Shown piece after piece: positions 7,406 through 14,312 of a stretch of DNA of 14,312 nucleotides. Both the position numbers and the translations under genes were made by a program. Numbering within the stretch: the first letter of the stretch is position 1; each line of letters opens with the position of its first letter. Under the pieces are notes generated by a model. It searched no databases. It had not been told where the DNA came from and worked only from the letters and a program-made list of their open reading frames with translations. The DNA is from a candidate division WOR-3 bacterium (lineage in GTDB: Bacteria > Hydrothermota > Tepidihabitantia > Tepidihabitantales > Tepidihabitantaceae), in contig CBFGIY010000061.1 of the NCBI GenBank assembly GCA_965648935.1, forward strand, positions 1 to 14,312. Reading direction: 5' to 3'.

Positions 7406-7433
7406 AGTGTATGAAGCGGCGATGGGGAGTCAA
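7406..7433 (-). promoter_or_regulatory. sigma70-type promoter for the basic peptide gene
   Basis: TTGACT (7428-7433), 16 nt, TACACT (7406-7411). Confidence 0.7.
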
Positions 7434-7440
7434 GACTGAG

Positions 7441-7475
7441 CAAGGGGTCAGGGGTCAAGGGTTACGGGGAACGGG
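7441..7475 (+). repeat. 7-bp periodic G-tract repeat (G-quadruplex-like motif)
   Basis: CAAGGGG TCAGGGG TCAAGGG TTACGGG GAACGGG. Confidence 0.65.
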
Positions 7476-7496
7476 TGCGGAGAGAAGAACGCGACG

Positions 7497-7691
7497 CTAA
7501 CTGCCGGGCTTGCGGTCGCGGGCAACCGGCGCGCTGTCGGACTTGGGTAGGCTCTCAAGAACCTTGTCGGCGCGGGACGAAACCCGCCTCAGCCACTCGA
7601 CCTCACCGACCCCCTGCGCCTGCCGCTCGCTCTCCTGCTTCTCCCGCCGCCGGTGCAGCCAATCGAGGAAAGCGTTACCATCAGGTTTCAT
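7497..7691 (-). CDS. small helical protein, putative partner/antitoxin of the PIN protein
   Basis: 64-aa charged helical ORF whose start overlaps the last 11 nt of the PIN gene. Confidence 0.6.
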   Translation of the reverse strand: MKPDGNAFLDWLHRRREKQESERQAQGVGEVEWLRRVSSRADKVLESLPKSDSAPVARDRKPGS

Positions 7692-8163
7692 AGCGAAGCA
7701 CCTCCATCGGCGTCCGAACGCTGATCAACGGGTACCCTTCGGCCATGTTAACCGCGTTCACCCTTCTTGCCGACCACTCATTGGCGATGTGCTTGAGGTT
7801 CATCGAAACCAGCACGTCCGCCCGCGCCAGGGTGGCGCACGCGACGTGCTGCGCGTCAACGATGTACTGGGCGGGAATGATGCCGTCCTTGACGTAGCGC
7901 GCCGCCAGGCGGGCCACCTCGACCTCATCGAGCGAGGGCACACGCACGAGCGCCAGCAACCGCAGCAATCCCTCACGCAATTCGGCCGGCGCATCACCAA
8001 GCTCATCTGCCGTTACGCGCGAAGTGATGCCATCGAGGATGCCCAGCTCAATCTGCTGGAAGAGCGCCCGGACCGCCTCGCTATGGACGAGGTTGCGCGG
8101 TTCCTCGTCGGCGAAGAAGCCGAAGACCGATGTCTCCAAGTAAAGAACAGGCGCTCGCAGCAT
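7681..8163 (-). CDS. PIN-domain protein (VapC-like nuclease family)
   Basis: N-terminal LYLETSVF, TSRVTADEL, DAQHVACAT, VLVSMNLKHI, C-terminal RTPMEV, all typical PIN motifs. Confidence 0.85.
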   Translation of the reverse strand: MLRAPVLYLETSVFGFFADEEPRNLVHSEAVRALFQQIELGILDGITSRVTADELGDAPAELREGLLRLLALVRVPSLDEVEVARLAARYVKDGIIPAQYIVDAQHVACATLARADVLVSMNLKHIANEWSARRVNAVNMAEGYPLISVRTPMEVLRYET

Positions 8164-8169
8164 CAATGA

Positions 8170-8198
8170 AAGATAGCACCGGCGGCTCTGGATGTCAA
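8170..8198 (-). promoter_or_regulatory. sigma70-type promoter for the PIN operon (leaderless)
   Basis: TTGACA (8193-8198), 17 nt, TGC-TATCTT (8170-8175, extended -10); ATG 6 nt downstream, no SD. Confidence 0.7.
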
Positions 8199-8215
8199 AG
8201 GCCCTGCGTGGCCAC

Positions 8216-8236
8216 GGTCAATCGTCAATCGTTATT
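8216..8236 (+). repeat. heptamer tandem repeat between divergent promoters
   Basis: GGTCAAT CGTCAAT CGTTATT. Confidence 0.55.
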
Positions 8237-8246
8237 GGCTCGGTTC

Positions 8247-8274
8247 TTGCCTGCCGGCCGCGGCGTGCTAGACT
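8247..8274 (+). promoter_or_regulatory. sigma70-type promoter for the DASS transporter
   Basis: TTGCCT (8247-8252), 16 nt, TGC-TAGACT (8269-8274, extended -10). Confidence 0.6.
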
Positions 8275-8287
8275 GCCCTCAGAAGAT

Positions 8288-9649
8288 ATGCCGCCCAAGC
8301 ACGGACCAATCCTCTCCCGCCAGCTCGCGCACGCCGCCGCCGCGCTCGCGTGCGGCATCGTCGCGTACCTCCTGCCCCTGCCCGGCATCCCCGAGCCGGC
8401 CCGCCGCTGCCTCGGCATCATCGCCGCCGCCGCGTACCTGTGGGTGACCGAGGCGATACCGCTGTATTCGACATCGTTCCTCGTCGTTCTGCTTGAGGTC
8501 GTCCTGCTCGCCGGGCCGCTCAAGCTCGAGCCGGCCGTGTTCATCGCGCCGTTCTTCGACAACGTGATAATGCTCTTCCTCGGCGGGTTCGTGCTGTCCG
8601 AGACGCTGGGCAAGTTCGGACTGGACACGCTGCTCGCCGGGGCCATCCTCGAACGCACGGGGACAAGGCCCAGCCGGGTTCTGCTCGGAATGATGTTTGT
8701 CGCCGCGTTCCTGTCGATGTGGATGTCCAACACCGCGGCCACCGCCCTGCTCATCGGTATGGGACTGACCGTCATCCGCGGCCTGCCCGACGACGACCCG
8801 TTCCGCACCGCGCTCATCCTCGGCATCCCGTTCGCCGCCAATGTCGGCGGCATCGCCACTCCCATCGGTTCGCCGCCCAACGCCATCGCCATCGGCATCC
8901 TCGCCAAGCAGGGTATCCGGCTGTCGTTCAGCAAGTGGATGCTGTTCGGCCTGCCCGTAACGATCGTGCTGTTCTTCTTCATCTGGTGGCTGCTCTTGCG
9001 GATGTTCCCGGCGCGCGCCACCGAGGTCAGCCTGCCGCACCGCGCCAAGGAGAAGCTCGGCGGCCGCCAGAAGGCCATCATCGCGGTCTTCGCGCTAACG
9101 GTCCTGCTCTGGCTCACCGCCGAACTGCACCGCATCCCCGCCTCGGTGATTGCCGTTATCCCCGCGCTGGTCTTCACCGGGTTCGGTTTTCTCGACTCCA
9201 AGGACTTCGGCCGCATCGGCTGGGACATCCTCATCCTGATGGGCGGCGGGCTCTCGCTCGGCGTGGCCATCCGCTCGTCCGGCCTGGCCGACTGGCTGCT
9301 GCAGTCCCTGCGCTTGGGCAGTATGAGCCCGCTTCTGCTCACCGCGGTCGCGATGCTGGCCGCGATGATAGTCACGACCTTCATCTCCAACACCTCGGCC
9401 GCGGCGATGCTGCTGCCCCTGGTCGCCGGCCTCTCGGCTCATCCGGCCCCGCTCGTGCTGGCGGTCGGCATCGCGGTGTCGCTGTCGATGATACTGCCCA
9501 TCTCGACCCCGCCCAATGCCATCGCCTACGGCTCGGGCCTGGTCAAGGTGAAGACGATGGCCGCGGTCGGGGCCCTGGTCTGCGCCGGCGGCCTGGTCGC
9601 GGTTCTGGCCGGGGTGTTTGCCGTGTCGAAGCTGCTCGGTTATCTCTAG
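8288..9649 (+). CDS. DASS/SLC13 family Na+-coupled anion (dicarboxylate/sulfate) transporter
   Basis: Highly hydrophobic; LWVTEAIP, two SNT motifs (WMSNTAA, FISNTSA), ATPIGSPPNAIA, PISTPPNAIAY. Start moved to ATG 8288, downstream of the promoter. Confidence 0.92.
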   Translation: MPPKHGPILSRQLAHAAAALACGIVAYLLPLPGIPEPARRCLGIIAAAAYLWVTEAIPLYSTSFLVVLLEVVLLAGPLKLEPAVFIAPFFDNVIMLFLGGFVLSETLGKFGLDTLLAGAILERTGTRPSRVLLGMMFVAAFLSMWMSNTAATALLIGMGLTVIRGLPDDDPFRTALILGIPFAANVGGIATPIGSPPNAIAIGILAKQGIRLSFSKWMLFGLPVTIVLFFFIWWLLLRMFPARATEVSLPHRAKEKLGGRQKAIIAVFALTVLLWLTAELHRIPASVIAVIPALVFTGFGFLDSKDFGRIGWDILILMGGGLSLGVAIRSSGLADWLLQSLRLGSMSPLLLTAVAMLAAMIVTTFISNTSAAAMLLPLVAGLSAHPAPLVLAVGIAVSLSMILPISTPPNAIAYGSGLVKVKTMAAVGALVCAGGLVAVLAGVFAVSKLLGYL

Positions 9650-9657
9650 GAGGCGGA

Positions 9658-10023
9658 ATGGAAAGCGCCAAGGCGGAGTGCTGTCCCAAGTGCAACGGCA
9701 CCCGCGTCACCAACCTTGTCTACGTCCGCACCGGCGAGGACACCCGCGTCTACGTCAAGTGCGCCGACTGCAACAGCTACGTCGCCCGCTACATTCTCTC
9801 GCGCTACACCTCGGACCGCAGCTACGAGTCCCTGCTCCAAAACCTGCGCGGGTTTGCCCATCGATCGGGCAAGCGCTGCCTTGAGGAAATCGAGGAATTC
9901 GGCACGATGGTCGAAGCCGAGTTCGAACACGTCCAGAAGATTGCCGAGGCCAACCCGCAGGCCCGGCGCGTCGAGGAGATGATTCGCGACGCGGCCCAGG
10001 ACGGCGCCCAGGACGGCGGCTAA
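9658..10023 (+). CDS. hypothetical 121-aa Zn-ribbon-like protein
   Basis: MESAKAECCPKCNGTRV...VKCADCNSYVARY...; CxxC...CxxC; SD AGGAGG (9648-9653) overlaps the DASS stop. It is the C-terminal part of track ORF 8719..10023. Confidence 0.75.
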   Translation: MESAKAECCPKCNGTRVTNLVYVRTGEDTRVYVKCADCNSYVARYILSRYTSDRSYESLLQNLRGFAHRSGKRCLEEIEEFGTMVEAEFEHVQKIAEANPQARRVEEMIRDAAQDGAQDGG

Positions 10024-10039
10024 ACCTCGCTCGCGCAGC

Positions 10040-10067
10040 TTGACATCGGGCCGGGGGGTGCTATCAT
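10040..10067 (+). promoter_or_regulatory. strong sigma70-type promoter with no downstream same-strand CDS
   Basis: TTGACA (10040-10045), 16 nt, TGC-TATCAT (10062-10067, extended -10). Confidence 0.7.
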
Positions 10068-10073
10068 TACTCA

Positions 10074-10134
10074 GTCGCCGGTCTAGAACGGCGATCAGAC
10101 TGACAAACGAGCCGCAGGGCGGCTCGATTTGTTT
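10074..10134 (+). ncRNA. candidate ~60-nt small RNA
   Basis: Starts at the expected +1 of the promoter; 5' hairpin GTCGCCG-GTCTAGAA-CGGCGAT followed by an intrinsic terminator; no start codon. Confidence 0.45.
10104..10134 (+). terminator. intrinsic terminator (possibly bidirectional)
   Basis: CAAA-CGAGCCGC-AGG-GCGGCTCG-ATTTGTTT, between convergent operons. Confidence 0.7.
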
Positions 10135-10182
10135 CTGGCCGATTTCGGACTGCTGACCGCCCGCTCTGCCCGGGCTTTCCGC

Positions 10183-10932
10183 CTAGTATTCTCCCTGGTT
10201 GAAGCTCGCTATCGCGGCCGCGGTCGCCAGCGCCGCGAAGACCGCAATGCAGCCCAGGTCCAGCCACACCGGGTAGAACCCGAACCCCAGCGCCAGCCGG
10301 CGCAGGAGGTCCACCCCGTAGGTCAGCGGGTTGGCCCGCACCAGTATCCCCAGCCACGCCGGCAGGCCACTGGCCGGGAACAGCGCGCCGGAAAGGAACC
10401 ACATCGGCATTATGATGAAGTTCATTATCGTGCCGAAGCCCTGGAAACTGCTCATCCGGGCCGCGATGACGATGCCGACATTGGTCAGCGCGTAGGAAAG
10501 CAGCGCCATCACCAGCACCAGCAGCGGAATGTTGTACCACGGCGGCGCGACCTTGACCAGCGGTGCGAGCGCGAGGATGATGCCGCCCTGTATCAGCGAG
10601 AGCGTCATCCCTGAAAACGCCTTGCCCACGGCAATGGATGAGCGCGGCACCGGCGTCACGAGTATCGCCTTCAGGAAACCGAACTCGCGGTCCCAGATGA
10701 TGGAGATGGCCGACTGGATAGACGTGAATATCGTGGTCATCGCCAGGATTCCGGGAAACAGGAACTGGGTGTAATTCGCGCCCTGCACCCCGGGGCTCGA
10801 CCCGCGCAGGCCCATCCCCAGAACGAACAGCCACAGTATCGGCCGCGAGATGGACGAGTAGAACTGGCTCTTTTCGCGGAAGTAGCGGATGATGTCGCGC
10901 TGCCAGATGGTGAAGACCGCGGTGAAGTCCAT
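10183..10932 (-). CDS. ABC-2 type exporter permease (DrrB-like)
   Basis: Y..FLFPGILAM, IWDREFGFLK.ILVTPVPR..I..GK, FLSGALFP...LPAWL...NPLTYGVD.LR. Confidence 0.92.
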   Translation of the reverse strand: MDFTAVFTIWQRDIIRYFREKSQFYSSISRPILWLFVLGMGLRGSSPGVQGANYTQFLFPGILAMTTIFTSIQSAISIIWDREFGFLKAILVTPVPRSSIAVGKAFSGMTLSLIQGGIILALAPLVKVAPPWYNIPLLVLVMALLSYALTNVGIVIAARMSSFQGFGTIMNFIIMPMWFLSGALFPASGLPAWLGILVRANPLTYGVDLLRRLALGFGFYPVWLDLGCIAVFAALATAAAIASFNQGEY

Positions 10933-10938
10933 CTGTCC

Positions 10939-11922
10939 CTAGCGCCAGGCCCGGCCCACGCGCCGCAGGCGCGACCGGTTCTTGTCCCCGTCGCTCGCCC
11001 CGGTGTCGCGTATCTGCCGGCCGGTCAGCTTGAGAAACACATCGTCCAAGGTCGGCTTGCGCAGGTCCACGCGCCGCACCGGCACGGACAACTCCTTGAG
11101 CAGGCGGGGCAGGAAGCTCGCGCCCTCCCCGACCTCGATGCTGAGCCCTGACTCCACCGGCTTCGCCTCCACTGCCCAGCGCGCCTCGATCTCCTCTGCG
11201 GCGGCCGCGTCGTTCTCGGTCGCCAGCTCCACCAGGTCGCCGCGCACCGCTGCCTTGAGCCGCGCCGGCGTGTCGATGGCGATGATGCGGCCATGGTCGA
11301 TGATGGCGATGCGGTCGCAGTACTCGGCCTCGTCCATGTAGTGCGTGGTCATGAACAGCGTGATGCCGCGTTCGCGCTTCAGTCGTTCCAGGTGCTCCCA
11401 GATGCGGCCGCGCGTCTGCGGGTCGAGTCCGAGCGTCGGCTCGTCCAGGAACAGCACGTCGGGCGAGTGTATCAGGCCGCGCGCGATCTCAAGGCGCCGC
11501 TTCATCCCGCCCGAGAACTCGCGCACGAGGCTGTTGGCGCGGTCCGATAGCTCCATCCACTCCAGAGCGCCGTCGATGCGCGGCCCGAGCTCGGGCCCGG
11601 GAATGCGGTAGAGCCGAGCTGCGAAGCGCAGGTTCTCGCGTGCGGTGAGCCGGTCATCCAGCGACGGGTCCTGGAAGATGATGCCGATGTGCGATCGCAC
11701 CTCGCGCCTCTGGCGCACCACGTCCAACCCGGCCACGCTCGCCTGCCCGCCGCTCGGCATCGCCAGAGTGCACAGCATCCGCACGGTCGTGGTCTTGCCC
11801 GCGCCGTTCGGCCCGAGGAATCCGAACACCGTGCCCGGCTCGACCTCGAACGACACGCGGTCGACCGCGACGAAATCGCGGAACCGCCGGGTCAGCTCGC
11901 GGGTGACGATTGCCGGGTTCAT
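10939..11922 (-). CDS. ABC-2 type exporter ATP-binding protein (DrrA-like)
   Basis: Walker A GPNGAGKTT, signature FSGGMKRR, Walker B VLFLDEPT, H-loop TTHY, C-terminal PTLDDVFLKLTG. Confidence 0.94.
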   Translation of the reverse strand: MNPAIVTRELTRRFRDFVAVDRVSFEVEPGTVFGFLGPNGAGKTTTVRMLCTLAMPSGGQASVAGLDVVRQRREVRSHIGIIFQDPSLDDRLTARENLRFAARLYRIPGPELGPRIDGALEWMELSDRANSLVREFSGGMKRRLEIARGLIHSPDVLFLDEPTLGLDPQTRGRIWEHLERLKRERGITLFMTTHYMDEAEYCDRIAIIDHGRIIAIDTPARLKAAVRGDLVELATENDAAAAEEIEARWAVEAKPVESGLSIEVGEGASFLPRLLKELSVPVRRVDLRKPTLDDVFLKLTGRQIRDTGASDGDKNRSRLRRVGRAWR

Positions 11923-11925
11923 CGA

Positions 11926-12816
11926 CTATCCGGCGGGCCCGAGCGCCGGCTTCTGCCGGTCGGTCGCCGCAAGGTAGATTGCCGCCAGTATCACCAGCCC
12001 GCCGAGCAGCTCGAACACCCGCGGCGTTTCGCCGAGAAAGGCCCACGCCAGCAGGGTCGTGCCCACCGGCTCGCCGAGGATGGCCATCGCCACGATCGGC
12101 GTGGCCAGCCAGCGCAGGGCCCAGTTGAACGCGGTGTGGCCAAGCAGTTGCGGCCCGACCGCGAGCAGCGCGATGAACAGCCACGCCCGCGGGGGCAGGC
12201 CGGTGACCTGCGCCCCTGATGCGAGGGCGACCGGAACCAGGGCCAGCGCCGCTATGCCGTAGACGATGAAGATGTACGTGAGCAGCGATACCCGCGGCCG
12301 CACGCTCCGGCCCACGAGCAGGTACCCGGCCGCGCACGCCGAGCCGCCGACCGCGAGCAGGTTGCCCGAGGTCAGCGACGCAGACCCGAGATTGGGCCCG
12401 GCGACAATCGCTGCCCCGGCCACGCCCAGAAGCACCGCCAGCCACACCCGCGCCGAGGCGCGCTCCCGCACGAACAGAGGCGACAGCAGCGAAACGAATA
12501 TCGGATCCATCGTGACCAGCACGACCGAGCTGACCACCGATGTCCGGTTGAGCGACTCGATCCACAGCGCGAAATGCGCTCCGAGCAGGAGACCAGACAC
12601 GATCAGCGGCCACGGACTCACCCCGCGCAGCTCGGCCCGCGCCGCGGGCAGACGCGCGAGAAACAGCGGCGTGAGTATCAGCGTGGAGATTGCCATCCGG
12701 CCGGCCGCGATGACGATGCTCGCGGCCGGTGTCAGGCGAATCAGCACCGACGCGAACGACAGCACTATGACTCCAAGCCCGAGACCGAGCAGCACGCGTG
12801 CGCGCGTCGTGTTCAC
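11926..12816 (-). CDS. DMT/EamA family transporter
   Basis: Hydrophobic two-repeat protein of 296 aa; HFALWIESL..TSV.SSVVLV..PIF and PQLLGHTAFNWAL...GEPVG motifs; GTG start. Confidence 0.9.
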   Translation of the reverse strand: MNTTRARVLLGLGLGVIVLSFASVLIRLTPAASIVIAAGRMAISTLILTPLFLARLPAARAELRGVSPWPLIVSGLLLGAHFALWIESLNRTSVVSSVVLVTMDPIFVSLLSPLFVRERASARVWLAVLLGVAGAAIVAGPNLGSASLTSGNLLAVGGSACAAGYLLVGRSVRPRVSLLTYIFIVYGIAALALVPVALASGAQVTGLPPRAWLFIALLAVGPQLLGHTAFNWALRWLATPIVAMAILGEPVGTTLLAWAFLGETPRVFELLGGLVILAAIYLAATDRQKPALGPAG

Positions 12817-12819
12817 CGG

Positions 12820-14310
12820 CTAATTCTCACCGAACAGGCGCGAAGTCAAGCCGCGCCGGGCCGGGGCGAGGCGGCCGTCCGGCCCGCACCAGAACACCAG
12901 CCCGCCTGACCTGCGCGTGTTGTGCAGCTCGATGCCGGCCGAGTCGAGCCGCGCCTCCAGCCCTGCCGGCGTCGGGTGGCGTCCCATCACGATGACCTTC
13001 TGAGGCCGCACCAGCGCGAGCACGGTGTCGCGGTTGCCCGCTACGCTGCCGTGGTGGGGCGACTTGAGGACCTCGGCGGCGAGGTCTGCGCTGACCGCGT
13101 CAAGGCGCTCCATGTCTCCGGTCAGCAACATGCGCGTCGAATCGCACGTCACCCGCGCGACGAGCGAGACCGAGTTGGTCGCGGCCCGGCCGATTTCGTA
13201 CTGCCGTCGCGCCCGCGCATCGGGCCACAGGAACTCGACCCCAAACCCGTCGCCCGACAGGCGCGTGCCCCGGCCCGCCACGGTGACCTCTGCCCCGCGC
13301 CGCCGCAACCGCTCCAGCAGTCCGGCGTAGGCGGTGTCGCCCTGAAGCGTCGCCACGATGACCCGCCTCACGCGCACGCCCGAACCGAGGTCCAGCAGGC
13401 CGCCGTAGTGGTCGCGGTCCGGGTGTGTGATGACGACCGCGTCGAGCCGGCGGATGCCGCGGAAGCGCAGCCAGTCGCGCACCACGCCCGGGCCGTCTAT
13501 CCCGGCGTCAAACAGCAGCCGCGCACCGGACCGGTCCTGCAGCAGCACGGCATCGCCCTTGCCCGGGTCAAGGAAAGCGACCGTACTGCGCGGCCGTTCG
13601 AGTGCGGCCCGCCACACGGCCACGCTCGCGCCGGCGAGCAGCACTGCCAGGCCCAGCGCGCGCAGGCCGCGCCTGCGGTTCAGCACGAGAAGCGACAGGT
13701 ACAGCCACGCGACCCCGAGCCACGACAGCCGCCCCGGCTCGATCATCGCCCAGCCGAGACTGCCCAGCGCGGTGCCGATGCGCAGCAGCAGGGCCAGCAC
13801 CAGACGCAGCGACTCGGCGAATGCCCCGCCGACGAAAGGCACCGGGTCGAAAACAGCGACGAGCAGACCGAGCGGCATCGCCGCGCCGACCAGCGGCACC
13901 GTAACAATGCCGGAAAGGAAGCTCAGCGGCTGGAATCGCGCAAAGTGACGCAACAGCAGGGGCGCGGTCGCCCCGGTCGCAGCGAGCGCCACGAGCAACG
14001 CCGGCAGAAGGTTGTAGGACAGCCAGCGCGGCAGGAACCGATGCCCGGCCGCGTGCACGAACTCGCGCCGGCGCATGTACAGACTGCCGAGCTTGTCGGA
14101 CGGGTCAGCCGGCTTCCCGGTCATTCCCAGCCGCTCAAGCAGCAGCACGATGCCCAGTGCCGCGGCGAACGAGAGCTGGGCGCCGACCTCGAACAGCGCC
14201 TGCGGGTTCACCAGCAGCAGAACGATTCCGGCACAGGACAGGCTTGCGACCGCGTTGACTTTGCGCTGCAGCGGGTCGGCGACAAGTGCCGAGATCGCCA
14301 TCAAGCCGGC
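12820..14310 (-). CDS. comEC: ComEC/Rec2 competence protein (5' end outside window)
   Basis: Competence membrane domain (LLLVNPQALFEVGAQLSFAA) plus C-terminal metallo-beta-lactamase domain (FLDPGKGDAVLL, FDAG, THPDRDHYGG, NSVSLV, LLTGD, KSPHHGS); frame stays open to the window edge. Confidence 0.92.
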   Translation of the reverse strand, partial: AGLMAISALVADPLQRKVNAVASLSCAGIVLLLVNPQALFEVGAQLSFAAALGIVLLLERLGMTGKPADPSDKLGSLYMRRREFVHAAGHRFLPRWLSYNLLPALLVALAATGATAPLLLRHFARFQPLSFLSGIVTVPLVGAAMPLGLLVAVFDPVPFVGGAFAESLRLVLALLLRIGTALGSLGWAMIEPGRLSWLGVAWLYLSLLVLNRRRGLRALGLAVLLAGASVAVWRAALERPRSTVAFLDPGKGDAVLLQDRSGARLLFDAGIDGPGVVRDWLRFRGIRRLDAVVITHPDRDHYGGLLDLGSGVRVRRVIVATLQGDTAYAGLLERLRRRGAEVTVAGRGTRLSGDGFGVEFLWPDARARRQYEIGRAATNSVSLVARVTCDSTRMLLTGDMERLDAVSADLAAEVLKSPHHGSVAGNRDTVLALVRPQKVIVMGRHPTPAGLEARLDSAGIELHNTRRSGGLVFWCGPDGRLAPARRGLTSRLFGEN

Positions 14311-14312
14311 CC

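Noticed and set aside
6300..8200. Integron cassette array, prophage or IS as the origin of the islet
   Set aside because: No clear RYYYAAC...GTTRRRY attC ends, integrase, transposase, terminal repeats or phage genes were seen.
8218..9657. ORFs 8218..9393 (-), 8279..9040 (-) and the first ~310 aa of 8719..10023 (+)
   Set aside because: Shadow or alternate frames of the DASS transporter; only the part from ATG 9658 has an SD and protein-like composition.
10071..10134. tRNA or known riboswitch (preQ1, fluoride, PyrR site)
   Set aside because: No cloverleaf or TTCGA arm, the consensus motifs are not matched, and there is no downstream same-strand gene to regulate.

Overview
High-GC bacterial chromosomal window, mostly housekeeping or transport genes on the minus strand. 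In coordinate order: an RNase G/E-family gene directly downstream of a TIGR03960-type radical SAM/DUF2344 fusion; a ~490 bp non-coding gap with tandem NrdR-box-like sites; aquaporin Z; a stand-alone, motif-divergent GMP-synthase ATP-pyrophosphatase subunit; an accessory islet (YbjN/CesT-like protein, a 56-aa ORF missing from the ORF track, a leaderless 47-aa basic repeat peptide, and a PIN nuclease with a small downstream partner); a plus-strand DASS/SLC13 transporter with a coupled Zn-ribbon protein; a candidate ~60-nt small RNA with its own promoter and terminator; and a convergent comEC (5' end outside window)-EamA-ABC-2 exporter operon. The most notable unexplained elements are the orphan tandem NrdR-like boxes, the candidate small RNA, the small-protein islet, the divergent GuaA-like enzyme, 7-bp periodic repeats beside promoters (two with G-quadruplex motifs) and a recurrent 16-bp promoter spacer. 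All calls come from reading motifs by eye; no database search was run. No CRISPR array, tRNA, rRNA or transposase was seen.
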